A stretch of 64,000 bases of DNA from Azolla caroliniana (lineage: Eukaryota > Plantae > Polypodiophyta): the NCBI GenBank assembly GCA_043228905.1, contig JBHGNT010000018.1, forward strand, positions 1,364,001 through 1,428,000, in the 5' to 3' direction. This document shows, one piece after another, positions 25,601 through 38,023 of the stretch. The first letter of the stretch is position 1, and each line of letters starts with the position of its first letter. The position numbers and the translations under genes were made by a program. The notes beneath the pieces were generated by a model. It worked only from the letters and a program-made list of their open reading frames with translations. It did not search any database and had not been told where the DNA came from.

Positions 25601-26728
25601 ATGGAGTCGGTCAGCAAGCAAGAGTATATGCGTGTCCTTTCGGAGCTCGATATGCTCACCACTAAGTTTGTGGCATTAGAGCAAGAAAATCAAAGGCTAC
25701 TCGGGGATCTTCAACAAGTCAGTACTGAGAAAGCTCATCAATATGAGGAGTTATCACAACGGGTTCATCAAGTTGAGGCTACTATATTAACATTACGAGA
25801 ACAAGCGGCGGGGGTTCAAAACTCCCCAAGGGAACCAAAGATTAGCCTCCCTGCCAAGTTTGATGGTACCAGATCTCTCTTTCGAGGTTTCCTGAATCAA
25901 GTTCGTTTGGTGATTCAGTTACATCCCAATCGGTATCCAACTGATGCTGCCCGTGTGGGATTAATAGGAACCTTGCTAAGCGGTACAGCGTTAGCATGGT
26001 TTGCACCACTTCTTGAGAAGAAATCACCATTACTGGAGGATTTCGAGGCATTCGTTAAGGAGTTTCAAGCTAGTTTTGGAGATACGGATAGCACTAGGAC
26101 TACAATAAACAAGATTCGAAGACTCCGACAAGGAGATCGTCCCGCTTCAGCTTATGCCGCAGATTTCCGTCTCTTGGCATGCGACATCCCTTGGGATGAG
26201 GCAGCCTTAATGGATCAATTCCGTCAGGGTTTGCGTAACGATGTCAAAGATCTTCTTCTTACTTTCCATGAAGATCCAAAGTCTCTTACTGAAGCTATTA
26301 GCCGAGCTGTGCGATGTGATAATCGCCTATTTGAGCGACGTTCTGAACGTCAACAAATGTTACGCCGCCAACCGGAACAGACATACGCTTCTATAGTCGC
26401 CACACCGCCACAAGGTTCTAGACCCGTTACGAGGGATGGTCCCACTCCGATGGAAATAGAGTCGACACAACGTCGAGGGCCCTTATCAGATGCTGAGAAA
26501 CAACGACGTCGGGCGCATCGCCTATGCCTCTACTGTGGTGGTCCAGGACATATAGCTGTGAATTGTCCACATAAACCCAGGTGTCAAGTTTACCAAGTAA
26601 GTGCACATGACAACCCTACATCAAGTTCTACTATCACTTCTAATAACTTAAGTACTAAGCCTACTAGCCCATGCCATGAGAATAGATTTGATGTCTTGAG
26701 CCAATTAGAGGATGTGTTAAACGAATAA
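25601..26728 (+). CDS. gag: Gag (coiled coil, capsid, CCHC knuckle)
   Basis: 375 aa; PAKFDGTR, LRQG..SAYAADF, CLYCGGPGHIAVNC. Confidence 0.95.
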   Translation: MESVSKQEYMRVLSELDMLTTKFVALEQENQRLLGDLQQVSTEKAHQYEELSQRVHQVEATILTLREQAAGVQNSPREPKISLPAKFDGTRSLFRGFLNQVRLVIQLHPNRYPTDAARVGLIGTLLSGTALAWFAPLLEKKSPLLEDFEAFVKEFQASFGDTDSTRTTINKIRRLRQGDRPASAYAADFRLLACDIPWDEAALMDQFRQGLRNDVKDLLLTFHEDPKSLTEAISRAVRCDNRLFERRSERQQMLRRQPEQTYASIVATPPQGSRPVTRDGPTPMEIESTQRRGPLSDAEKQRRRAHRLCLYCGGPGHIAVNCPHKPRCQVYQVSAHDNPTSSSTITSNNLSTKPTSPCHENRFDVLSQLEDVLNE

Positions 26729-29700
26729 GTCTGGCCAAAATAGGAGCCATTTGGTTGGACCATCCTAGTTATGTAGAGTCAATACCTAGTTGTGGTTCCA
26801 TTTCATCAAATCAAGTTAGTAGAGTTTTTTCTGCACAAGTCGAGCTTAGCACATCTACAGGTCATCGCGCCCTAGCCTCTGCCCTCCTAGATTCCGGAGC
26901 CAATTCTTGTTTCATGGATCGCGAGTTTGCATTGACTCAAAACATCATCTTGAAAAAACTCCCAAACCCAGTAGCTGTAGGAGTCATCGATGGTCGCCCT
27001 ATAGCATCAGGAGATATAGTCGAAGAGTCTGAACCAATTCGTGTAGTCCTAGGTAATTTGGCTAGTGTCATCTCATTTAACATCATTAGTAGTCCGGAGC
27101 ACTCTCTAGTTCTTGGTCTTCCTTGGTTTGAGTTACATAACCCAACCATTGATTGGAGAAAAAGAACTATTGAAGAGGTCACCGTACAATCCAAGTCTCT
27201 TGAAGCTCCAACTAAGGATCTAGGATCCCCCACAATTTCAACAATCTCTATACATCAATTACGAGAGGATGGAAGAAAGGAAGACATGATGGTATTTGCG
27301 GTTTTAGCAACTCCCTCATCTAGCTCACAAGAATTGGGGGTCCAACTACCAAAGAAGTACATAGAATTCTCCGATGTGTTCGATAAGGTGAAGGCTAATA
27401 GACTACCAGAGCATCCACCATATGATTGCCCAATTGATTTGCAGCCAGGAAAAGAGCCTCCATGGGGACCAATTTATAATCTTTCGCCCATGGAGTTAGA
27501 GGTTCTTCGAGAATATATCAATGAGAACTTGGCAAATGGTTTTATCCAACATTCAAAATCTCCTGCTGGTGCACCCATCTTTTTCGTTAAGAAGAAAGAT
27601 GGTACGCTTCGTATGGTCGTGGATTATCGAGGCTTGAATAAAGTGACCGTTAGAAACCGATATGCTCTCCCATTGATCTCAAGCCTTCTAGAACGCCTCA
27701 GTGAAGCAAAGTATTTCACGAAGTTAGATCTTCGAGGTGCCTACAACCTTGTTCTAATTCGTCCTGGGGATGAATGGAAGACGGCGTTCCGCACTCGCTA
27801 TGGTCATTTTGAGTACACAGTGATGCCTTTTGGCCTCACGAATGCACCAGCAGTCTTCCAACATATGGCGAATGATATTTTTCGAGACTTCCTCGATATC
27901 TTCATCATTGTTTACCTGGATGATATCTTGATCTACTCAAAAACTCAAGAAGAACATGATATACATGTTCGCCAAGTTTTGCAACGGCTACGAGAGTATG
28001 GTCTCTATGCAAAATTGGAGAAGTGTAGTTTCGACCAACGTCAAGTGGAGTTTTTGGGGTACATAGTCTCTTCAAATGGCATCTCTATGGATCCATCAAA
28101 GGTTCAAACAATTTTGGATTGGCAAACACCACAGTCCGTGCGAGATGTGCAATGTTTTTTGGGGTTCGCAAACTTTTATCGCAAGTTCATCAAAGACTAT
28201 TCAAAAATTATGTTGCCCCTCACTCAACTGACGCACAAGAATCGATCATTTGTATGGAGTATAGATGCGAACTCTGCATTTGAGGGTTTAAAGCAAGCAT
28301 TTACATCCGCACCAATCTTAATCCATGTCAATCCAATGAGGCGCTTTATACTTGAAGCTGATGCATCGGATTTCGCACTCGGAAGTGTACTATCCCAAAT
28401 TGGTGATGATGGTGAACTGCACCCGGTGGCTTTTCACTCACGAAAATTTGAAGCCGCAGAAATCAACTATGAGATTCACGACAAAGAGCTTCTTGCCATT
28501 GTGGATTCTTTTCAACAATGGCGTCATTTTCTGGAGGGTTCTTCTCAGCAGATTATTGTCTACAATGATCATAAAAATCTAACATACTTTCAAAGTGCTC
28601 GAGTCTTGAATCGACGACAAGCTCGTTGGGCGCAGTTCTTAACTCGTTTCGATTTTGTAATTCTATATCGCCCTGGGATGCAACAAGGAAAAGCAGATGC
28701 TTTATCTAGACGTTCGTATATGGAACTTCAACCTGGAGAGGCCGCATTTGAAAGCCAAAAGCAAATCCTCTTAGGTCCTGATCGTCTACGAATAATGGCA
28801 ATGCATACCATCAACACACCGGGAGATTCAAGGCTTCTTGATTCCATTCGTGAGCAGATTGCGACTGATGCGTTCGCCCAAGAGGTTTTGAGCCATATTA
28901 TCCCAAATCGTGCATCTAGCTCCCAAACTCAAAATCCTCGTCTAGACTACACCCAGTTTAGTTGGCATGATGGGTTACTTTTTCGACAAACTCTCTTGTA
29001 TGTGCCTGACGGTCCTTCTCGACTCAAAGTCATGCAACAATGTCATGACACACCAATGGTGGGACACTTCGGCATCCACAAGACTTTTGAGTTGATTTCT
29101 CGCCGATATTGGTGGCCACGGCTTCGCCATTTTGTTACGGATTATGTTCGTAGCTGTGATACATGTTGCCGATCAAAAAAGCCTCGACATCATCCATATG
29201 GCTTATTACAGCCAATGCCTATTCCGGAGAGCCCATGGAAATCTATTTCCTTGGACTTTATTACGGATCTTCCACCTTCCAAGGGATTTGATTCGATTCT
29301 CACTGTTGTCGATCGTTTTACGAAGATGGCACATTTCCTTCCATGCACAAAGACCATTACTAGTCAAGAGACAGCTGATTTACTCATGCGGGAGGTGTTT
29401 CGCCATCATGGTCTTCCGGATGATATTATCAGTGATCGGGGTCCCCAATTCATCTCGAAATTTTGGCGGCACATGTTCAGACTCTTACATACTTCTTGTA
29501 AACTCTCTTCCGGCTACCATCCAGAGACTAATGGGCAGAGTGAGCGCACCAACCAAACAATCGAGCAATATCTACGTTGTTTTGTCAACTATCAACAAGA
29601 TGATTGGGTGGATTTACTACCTTTGGCAGAATTTGCTTATAAAAACTCCGAGCATTCTTCTACTGGATATTCCCCATTTTTTGCAAACATTGGGTACCAT

Positions 29701-30360
29701 CCTCGTTGGACGATGCTTGAACATCCTGAACTCCCAAAAAACCCAGCTGTTGAAGATCGGCTCACTCGACTCCAAGAAGTTCAGGATATGCTTTTGCATC
29801 ATTTATGTGAAGCCCAAAACACTCAAAAGAAGATTGCTGACCGTCATCGGCGTGATTCATCGACTACATTTCAAGTAGGCGATCGTGTATGGCTCTTACA
29901 AGGTAGCATTAAAACGACCCGACCTTGCTACAAATTGGATTATCAACGTTTTGGCCCATATGTCATAAGTGGTAAGATCAATGATGTGACATTTCGTCTT
30001 GATCTTCCTCCTCATATGCGTCTTCACCCGGTCTTCCATGTTTCACTTTTGGAGCCTTACACAACGAGCTCTATTCCGGGTCGTGTTACACCTCCCCCAC
30101 CTCCAATTGACGTTTCCAATGGCTCTGAATATGAGGTTGCCGCTATCCTCGACTCCAAGATCATTCGCAACAAACTATACTACTTGGTTGATTGGTTAGG
30201 CTATACACCTAATGATCGAACATGGGAGCCTGCCGAACATCTTGCCAATGCCTCCGACATGGTTGTTGCATTTCACAACCAATATCCTCATAAACCAAGT
30301 CTGAACTCTTTTCTTCCGACTCGTGCAACTCGTCATCGAAAAGGGGGGATAATGTCATGA
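26716..30360 (+). CDS. pol: Pol (PR-RT-RH-INT-chromodomain), in the -1 frame relative to gag
   Basis: LLDSGA, YLDD, EADASD, HHCC, DFITDLP/SDRG/SERTN, GPY, and chromodomain EYEVAAILDSK..YLVDWLGY...TWEP; reading frame open from the slippery site at 26716. Confidence 0.95.
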   Translation, partial: VKRISLAKIGAIWLDHPSYVESIPSCGSISSNQVSRVFSAQVELSTSTGHRALASALLDSGANSCFMDREFALTQNIILKKLPNPVAVGVIDGRPIASGDIVEESEPIRVVLGNLASVISFNIISSPEHSLVLGLPWFELHNPTIDWRKRTIEEVTVQSKSLEAPTKDLGSPTISTISIHQLREDGRKEDMMVFAVLATPSSSSQELGVQLPKKYIEFSDVFDKVKANRLPEHPPYDCPIDLQPGKEPPWGPIYNLSPMELEVLREYINENLANGFIQHSKSPAGAPIFFVKKKDGTLRMVVDYRGLNKVTVRNRYALPLISSLLERLSEAKYFTKLDLRGAYNLVLIRPGDEWKTAFRTRYGHFEYTVMPFGLTNAPAVFQHMANDIFRDFLDIFIIVYLDDILIYSKTQEEHDIHVRQVLQRLREYGLYAKLEKCSFDQRQVEFLGYIVSSNGISMDPSKVQTILDWQTPQSVRDVQCFLGFANFYRKFIKDYSKIMLPLTQLTHKNRSFVWSIDANSAFEGLKQAFTSAPILIHVNPMRRFILEADASDFALGSVLSQIGDDGELHPVAFHSRKFEAAEINYEIHDKELLAIVDSFQQWRHFLEGSSQQIIVYNDHKNLTYFQSARVLNRRQARWAQFLTRFDFVILYRPGMQQGKADALSRRSYMELQPGEAAFESQKQILLGPDRLRIMAMHTINTPGDSRLLDSIREQIATDAFAQEVLSHIIPNRASSSQTQNPRLDYTQFSWHDGLLFRQTLLYVPDGPSRLKVMQQCHDTPMVGHFGIHKTFELISRRYWWPRLRHFVTDYVRSCDTCCRSKKPRHHPYGLLQPMPIPESPWKSISLDFITDLPPSKGFDSILTVVDRFTKMAHFLPCTKTITSQETADLLMREVFRHHGLPDDIISDRGPQFISKFWRHMFRLLHTSCKLSSGYHPETNGQSERTNQTIEQYLRCFVNYQQDDWVDLLPLAEFAYKNSEHSSTGYSPFFANIGYHPRWTMLEHPELPKNPAVEDRLTRLQEVQDMLLHHLCEAQNTQKKIADRHRRDSSTTFQVGDRVWLLQGSIKTTRPCYKLDYQRFGPYVISGKINDVTFRLDLPPHMRLHPVFHVSLLEPYTTSSIPGRVTPPPPPIDVSNGSEYEVAAILDSKIIRNKLYYLVDWLGYTPNDRTWEPAEHLANASDMVVAFHNQYPHKPSLNSFLPTRATRHRKGGIMS

Positions 30361-30901
30361 AGACATACATCTTGGCTTATCATGACATTCATCTTGGCGA
30401 ACCAGGAATCGAACCCATAACCTCTTGGTTTACATATTGTACTTTAACCATTGTAATAACATATGTGAGATGTAATCATAATAATTATATGTTTAGTTAT
30501 TACGAGATATTTAGAACATTCTAGATTATTCTAGAATGTTCTTGAATATTTCATGATTATATTTATTATTATTATTATTCATAAATATCTAAAATATTCT
30601 AGAACATTCTAGAATACTCCATAAGGGCCTATAAATAAGAGTCCATACACTCATCACAACTCATTCGGTTCAACACCAGTCTTTAGCCCTTAGCCTACTC
30701 CTTGTAATCTTCTTTCTCATAATATAATCGCATTCCCATTTCTTATCTCTCACTTATACTTTTCTCTCTCTCGCACTCTCTCCCTCTTTCACTCTCTTTC
30801 TATCACTATCGCTATCTCTACCGCTCTCGCCATCTCTATCGTTATCGTTATCTCTATCGCCATCGCTCTCTCTCTCTGCTTCCTACTCAAGAGTCACGAC
30901 A
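30353..30901 (+). repeat. Chromovirus 3' LTR
   Basis: Copy of 24967-25515. Confidence 0.95.
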
Positions 30902-33900
30902 GGTCTTTGCATTTGAGGAATGTTAGTATCGTAAACCTTGTATAACCATCAATGAAACTAATGAAATATTTTGATTTTAAAAGTGATTGAGTTGGGAATG
31001 AACCGCATATGTCATTATGGATGAGTTCAAGAGGTCAACTTCTTCGTGAGTTACTTGTAAGAAACTTTGATGATGCCATTTTGCCGAACAAGCACACCTC
31101 ACATAGGTCAATTTTGCAAAACATATCCTTTGGGACTCCTTGAGCGAGCTTGTGAGTTTGGAGTGTTCACATAGCAGCAAGGTGTGGATGTCCGAGTCGA
31201 CAGTGCCAAAGTAAGGTCAGTTCCTATTGTCTTTCGATTTCGGTTGTGTGAACTTCGATTTTTGATTGGGTTGTTGGATGCACACTAATTGGATATAACC
31301 CTCTTTGTCTTTTGCAGGAAGTTCGTATGGTGAGACCATTTGGTAGAAGATGACGAATCACGGCTTGGTTATGATGGAACTCGATGATTGTTCCATTTGA
31401 AGTTGCTTGACTTATCCAAAAGGAGGTTCTTGGTGATACCAGGCACATGGTACACATCATTTATGATGAAATTTCCTCCTCCGGGGAGATGAAAAGTAAG
31501 TTGGCTTTTGCCTAATTCTTGTTTTACTCTATTATTTCCAAATCTAGCAGTTATTGGATTTTGTAGGGGGTGTACCTTTGAAGCCAATCTGATCGATGTG
31601 TGAGGTGGTTCGTTGCTCCGGTGTCGAGATACCATTTGTCATCCTTGTTTGTTGGTATATCCACGACAAGTGCTTCAGCCACGAAAGCTTGCATCAAGTC
31701 ATTGTAACCTTCTTCTTCATATTCATCCTTTTCTTCCATTGAGGCAACATAAACCTCTTCTTCCTCTTCTTCGCCATTTCTCTCTTCCTCGAATTCTTCT
31801 ACAATGTGCGCTTGTGGTCGACGAATGTTGCTTGGGAATCTTTGAATAGACTTTTGTTTTGCCTTACATTATTGTGGTGTGTGGCCTGGTCTTTTGCAAA
31901 TGTTACAATAAGACTTAGTGAACTTCATTCCTCCTTTAGTCATAGGTGCATTAGTCCACTGACTCCTGCCATAGCGATTGCTTGTGTTCATGTGTTTTCT
32001 TCTCTTGTCTTTCTCATCGAGTCTTCTTGTCTTATGTCTCCAATGAGATCTTCCACAGTAGCTTGTTTATTTAAATTGTGTGTGGTCACAAAAGATGACA
32101 AAGAAGAGGGTAAAGCGCCTAATAATAAACATCTTAGTAGTTTGTCAGAGATGTCCAAGCCAGATGTAATTGTACCATCCAATTTCTTTTCCCAAGTTAT
32201 TAGAAAATTATCTACATCTTCTTCATCTTTCATTGTAAATGTGACATATACACATAGTTTGTGCACTTGTGCCACATCCGTCTTTGATTCGTATTGTGTC
32301 TTTAATTTCTCCCAAATTTGATGTGAAGTTTGTAACTTTCTAACCGCTTCTCCTTGAACATCTGATATATGTGCTAATAATTCCATCTTTGCTACAAGAT
32401 CTTTCTCTTCCCAAATAACTTGATCAGGTCCAAGGAGATCAGGTTTTGTTGATAATCCCAAAGTTTGTAGTGTTGAAATAATAATTTGAGTCGATAATTT
32501 TTCTTTGATAACTTCACTAATGAAAGTTTATGTGTGTTGAGAATGTTGGCAAGAGTTGAGGATTGTGCCATTTTTATGGAAGAGGCCTATCCGGCTTAGC
32601 GCTCATCTTGATGACAAATCGATCAGCGCTCCTAGGATTCTCTAATCTTATTTCATAGATGCGGAAATCTATAAATCTAATACCATGTAGACATCAACAA
32701 CGATACAAATAGAGAGTGATTGCTAGAGAGAGAGATCACACATACATAAAATTTGTTCTATATTGATTGTGTATTGTTACATTAGCCAAATGGCTTGTTT
32801 GTAGGGCCGATGGACAAAAAGTTATGTCTCTTCAATGAAGAGTTTTCTCTAAAGTCTAATAATAAATAACTCTTCGTAATTACTTATTTTTAATAATAAT
32901 AATATAATATTTAGATTAAATATTTCCACAGGGACATCCATACTAGCACCATGAAACCAAACATAGTATAAAGACTGAATACTAGCATTTCTCCTTCAAT
33001 TCCATTCTCCTTATCTCTAAAGCTTACCCTACTGAACCCCAATCATTCTCTAAAATGTTCAAACCCCATCATTCTCTTAGAATCTCAAATTATTCTTGGC
33101 CCCCCAAAAGAATATAAAAGTTTAGTGACCCCTCCATGTTGACATACATTCATCGAGTCGTAGGACTTTCATAAAACACGCGTAGCACTTTCTTTGTCCT
33201 TTTTATTTCATGAGATTGATTTTTTTTTGTGCATTCATGGAAGAAATATGAAAGTGGAACAAATATATGCAATCGAGGATATAGATCAAATGCCAGGGTC
33301 TATTTTTTTTTTGTTAAAGCTTGTCCTTCTCTATGGTTGGTGGCATCTTGAAATTCATTAAGAAAAAGTATGGAAGTTATTGTCCTTCTCATGGAGTTTC
33401 TTGAAATAAAGACGTAAATTCACTTACATAAGTTTGGATCACTTCCCTTTGAGGGGCCTCATTGACTGCACAAATCTGGGTCGAAATAAGTTGACAAGTC
33501 TGATGAACATATTCTATTTCAAAGCTCCACCTTGGATAATATTCAAGCTTGCTTTCTTCATATTTTTGCCTCACCACAATGACACACTCAAGTGTAGTGT
33601 ACTTCATTAATACAATTCTCGAACAATATTGAGAGTTGGGTGAAAGCATGTGAGTGGAAACAATTAGCTATGCAAAAAGCTACCATTGATAAATAGTCAT
33701 TTTAGTAAAAAGTCATCATTAATAAATTAACTATGCAAAAAACTACCATTGAAAATACTAGAGTGTTTTAATTACATATGTAAATGAGTGCCATAAATGT
33801 GCAACATAAATTGATATGTGCACCATAAATGTGTACCATAAATTATATATTGAATTCCTAGGTCCATTATGCATGATCCTTTGCCACATCACGTAGGCCA

Positions 33901-33965
33901 TCTCTAGTTGAGTATTGTGGGTTAGTTGCTACCACTGTTGCTAAACCCTATCGAGTCCTCCTACA

Positions 33966-34243
33966 GCCACTCTACACTTAGGGGCCGCTACTATGCGTTC
34001 CAAGCATCATCAAAGAGTTGTTCAATCTGACGGGGTTCTCTTCTCTGTGCCACTCTACACTTAGGGGCCGCTACTATGCGTTTCAAGCATCATCAAAGAG
34101 CTGGTTCAATCTGACGGGGTTCTCTTCTCTGTGCCACTCTACACTCAGGGGCTGCTACTGTGCGTTCCAAGCATCATCAAAGAGTTGTTCAATCTGACGG
34201 GGTTCTCTTCTCTGTGCCACTCTACACTTAGGGGCCACTACTG
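33966..34243 (+). repeat. Tandem repeat, ~83-bp unit, three copies plus partial
   Basis: GCCACTCTACACTTAGGGGCCGCTACT...GGGGTTCTCTTCTCTGT starting at 33966, 34049, 34133 and 34216. Confidence 0.9.
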
Positions 34244-34536
34244 TCTAGTCCTGGATTGCTTCCACATTTCGATTTGACGGAGTTCACTAATCCAACAGCA
34301 ACATTCTACACTCAGTTGTCGCCATTGGTAGGTCCTAGATCGCCTCCTCAACTGTTCGATCCAACGGAGTGAACTCCTCTACTGTTCGGTCTTGGATTGC
34401 AATAACTTTTCTATCTATTGATTATCTTGTGTATTGTTGTGTCTAATCTTGTGTAATGTGGAATATTTTTGTGTATTGTTGTTGCCCATAGCCATCTTAA
34501 ATACTTGTTTTTTTTTCTGGAAATTTAGGTTTTAAT

Positions 34537-37500
34537 ATGTCCAGCCAAATGGAAGGGGAAGAAGGGTGTTTAGAATTACCCCTCAATGATCATAAGGATA
34601 GGGATGATGCTATCAAGACACAACAAGCCATACGAAACTATTGGGCAGAAAAAAAAGGAAACATCGTTAATTGTTGAAGGATACGAAAGCCACACTCAGT
34701 AAAGGTAAGGATAGTTTAGCTGAGAATGTAAGTAATGCGACTACCATCATAGAGATAGGTTGTAGACTATTTCAATGTTCAAACCAAGCACATCAGTAAT
34801 GAAGAAAAGAAGGTAGTACTTTATGGAATATGTAATGATCCATCGATAAAGGACTTAGTTGATTGTGATGGTCTTAATGCAAACATATCATCTGTTTAGT
34901 AAATAATCTTCGTAATAGTTTCATATCCATGAGTAGGTCAGAAGATGATCTTGTCTTAAAAAGGTCTAGTCTAATGATGTTACTTAATAGTGATGTTGAC
35001 GATATAAACATCAGTGAGCTATCTAAGGTAATTGGTGTTAGTAGAAAAACAGTGTACAATACAATGAACCGTATAATTTCCTCGGGTGAAGGAACTAGTC
35101 TACTAAAGCTAACTACAAGATGTAAGCCAATGACACCCATAACATTTGAAATCAAGGATGTAATCACAATTTTTTGGACTAATGAGAGTAGGGTTTCACC
35201 CAATAAAAAGGATTTATGCAAGAAACGTGTTGGAAGAAATCAATACGAGGAGCATCCCATTCATCTTCTTGATGTACCTCAGGTATTTACATTTATCTCA
35301 ACATTTGTTTTGACTCTACACGGAAAGTTAATTAGCTCAGTTAGCAGAAAAGCTAATTAGCTTATCAGTTACATTTAGCTCAGTTAGCTACTAGGATAAC
35401 TACTACATACGTAATTGGCTACTCTCAATAGCTACTACCATGATAGCTAATTAGTTATTCTCAATAGCTAATTTAGTTACTACCAGATAATTATCTACCA
35501 AAATAGCTAACTAGCTACCATGACAACTAATTAGCTACTAGGATAGCTAATTTCGTTATTACCAGCTAATTAGCTACTAGGAAAGCTAATTAGCTACCAT
35601 GATAGCTAATTAGCTACTAGGACAGCTAATTAGCCACCATGATAGCTAATTAGCTACTAGACCAGCTAATTAGCTACCATGATAGCTAATTAGTTACTAG
35701 GAAAGCGGAAAGCTAATTAGCTACCATGATAGCCAATTAGCTACTAGGACAGTTAATTAGCCACCATGATAGCTAATTAGCTACCAGACCAGCTAATTAG
35801 CTACTAGACCAGCTAATTAGCTACCATGATAGCTAATTAGCTACTAGGACAGCTAATTAGCTACCATGACAGCTAATTAGCTACTAGGCCATCTAATTAG
35901 CTACCATGACAGCTAATTAGCTACTAGAATAGCTAATTAGCTACCATGATAGCTAACTAGCTACTAGGACAGCTAATTAGCTACCATGATAGCTAATTAG
36001 CTACTAGGATAGCTAATTAGCTACCAGGATAGCTAATTAGCTACTAAGACAGCTAATTAGCTACCATGATAGCTAATTAGCTACTAGAATAGCTAATAAG
36101 CTACTAGAACAACTAATTAGCTACTAGGATAGTTAGCTAGTTACGAGAATAACTAATTCCCCTTTATTACGCAAGTTGATTTATTTATTAGGTTCAAATG
36201 AATGCATCCAAATATCAAAGTTCAACTACGAACATTCGAGTCTCTTAAGCCACACTTTGTGAGACGCTTAAAGGATCGATACACATGTTGTTGCATTTAC
36301 CATGTACATATGGGTTTTCTAAAGGACTCTGTTAATCTACTACGTCACCATAACGCATCCCTAACTAATACAGTTTGCACATGTGGGTGCCCAATCTGTC
36401 GATCAAGCCCGCAAGAGGAGTGTAAATCATCTGAGCATGTTATCTCTTCCATGAGTTATTTATTAGATTCAATATTGTGTCCGAGAGAAACTGACGCTAT
36501 CTTCCATATTCATAAATGTGTCATGGCCCATGGGTTTATGTCAAGATTGTGGCCCTACTAGATTTAGGTGGTGTCCAAATGAATTGAGTAGTGAAATATT
36601 GATCTTTGTGAAGTTATTTGAGTTAGTGAACACCAATTTTGAAGGAAAGGTGTGTAAAAGAAAGGATCTAGTTCGGAAAATGCTTAAACCAAGGGATTTG
36701 GTGTCTCTGTTTGTAGTATCTCTAGGAAAGTTCATTAAACATAACTTCATTTATTCATGACAGGCCCATTAGTTTAAGACTTACATATCTGATTTCCCAA
36801 ATGATGTAGTAGTCTCAGTAGTAGATTTCGCAGAGAATTATACTTTCAAGCAGCAGAATGAAATTCAATCTATGCATTGGTGTTCAGTTCAGGTAACCAT
36901 TTTTGTGCACATAACATATTTTCGAGTTTCAGGTGATGTTAAAAAAGTAATTCATTTCTTTATTTCTGATGATAAGAAGCATGATACCTTGTTCGTCCAA
37001 CACTGTTTTAAGTTACATTGGCAGTGGTTATTAGCTCAACGTTTGGAGCTTACTCAACGTTGGGTCTGGTCTAACAAAGCTACGTCACAATTCAAGGCTT
37101 GACGTCCATTTTATTTTGTGGGGAGGTATCTTGCTATAACAGGTTTGGAGATGAGATGGAATTTTTTTGGGTCTGGCCATGGTAAAGGTGAACATGATGG
37201 TGCAGGGGTTGTTATAAAGCGGGCACTTACCCATGAACAACTAAAGACAGATGGTGTGCACATGAATTGTGCATCACATGTAGTTGAATTTTTAAGAACA
37301 AATATGTCAACGAGTGCAACAGGTGTTTATTCCTCGCAAGTCCGAGATATCAAACGTGAATTTTGAGAAGTGAAGATAGATGAAGTAAATAGGGAGAAGA
37401 CCTGGGAGTGCCAAGGAATTCCCGAATTGCGATCTCTGCATGTTGTTCGCGGTTATTCCAGGTTGGATGGTCATTGTATTGCGGTTAGAGAATTGACTTG

Positions 37501-38023
37501 TTTTTGCTTCCATTGTGTGCAGGGAAATTGGAGATATTGTCTAAACAAAGCATACATTCAAAATTGGGAGTATCACACTCTGAATGATAAGGAAGCAGTT
37601 GATGGAGAAACAGGGCAGAATGTTGACTCCACATATGAGGGACTTGGAGATACTTTGAGTGATGTCCTGAACGTTGGGGATAACTTCGTTGTAAATGCTG
37701 AAGAAGGCAATTCAGAGGGTGCTGATTTCTATATATTGAAGTGCACGGTTAGTAAACAGTGTGCAAGGCAAAATATTGTAGATGCATGGGGCAATTTTGT
37801 ATCTGCCAGGACATTCTACATCGAAGGCATTTTTTATGCAAAACTAGATGACTACGAATATGTGTACAGGCTGTTAGAAGACAAACCAGCGGCGTACATG
37901 TACTCTCATTTGGTCAGGTGCATCAATGTCCCAATGTTAGAATACAATAGCTGCTCAGGTTTATACACTATTGGTGCTAATGTGTATGAATGTATTTACA
38001 ATAGTATGCCATGGAATTTGTAG
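34537..38023 (+). pseudogene. Degenerate DDD-type transposase, Sola2-like, two exons
   Basis: HTH-like ISELSKVIGVSRKTVYN; FWTNESRVSPNKKD; Cys-rich TCCCIYH, CGCPIC, CQDC; core motifs DFAENY (36824), EIQSMHW, ISDDKKHD, WS(N)KATSQFK, FFGSGHGKGEHDGAG. Intron 35283-36174 restores frame (acceptor mutated to CAA); several stops. Confidence 0.75.
35329..36155. repeat. Intronic array of ~20-bp units built on palindrome TAGCTAATTAGCTA
   Basis: Alternating AGCTAATTAGCTACCATGAT and AGCTAATTAGCTACTAGGAC units. Confidence 0.95.

Larger units (their letters stand above)
24967..30901 (+). mobile_element. Intact, very young chromovirus (Tcn1/Tf1-like Ty3/gypsy with chromodomain)
   Basis: 549-bp LTRs (24967-25515, 30353-30901), one substitution seen by eye; 5-bp TSD GGTCT; PPT AAAAGGGGGGA; uninterrupted gag and pol ORFs. 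Confidence 0.97.
22589..32930 (-). mobile_element. Degenerate Ty1/copia element, 3' truncated, interrupted by the chromovirus
   Basis: 5' LTR ~32686-32930; decayed Met PBS TGGTATTAG; gag 31988-32461; protease WYLDTGATNH; integrase ~24245-31200; RT HHLDVQTTFLHG, SLYGLRQSPR (22958-23497); RNase H start GWTDSYWGGD. Confidence 0.88.

Noticed and set aside
33966-34243. 83-bp repeats as a CRISPR-like array
   Set aside because: Whole units repeat with no unique spacers.
35329-36155. Palindromic repeat array as a CRISPR locus
   Set aside because: Spacers are ~6 nt and recurrent rather than unique, the array lies in a eukaryotic intron, and there are no cas genes. The same applies to 40176-41210.
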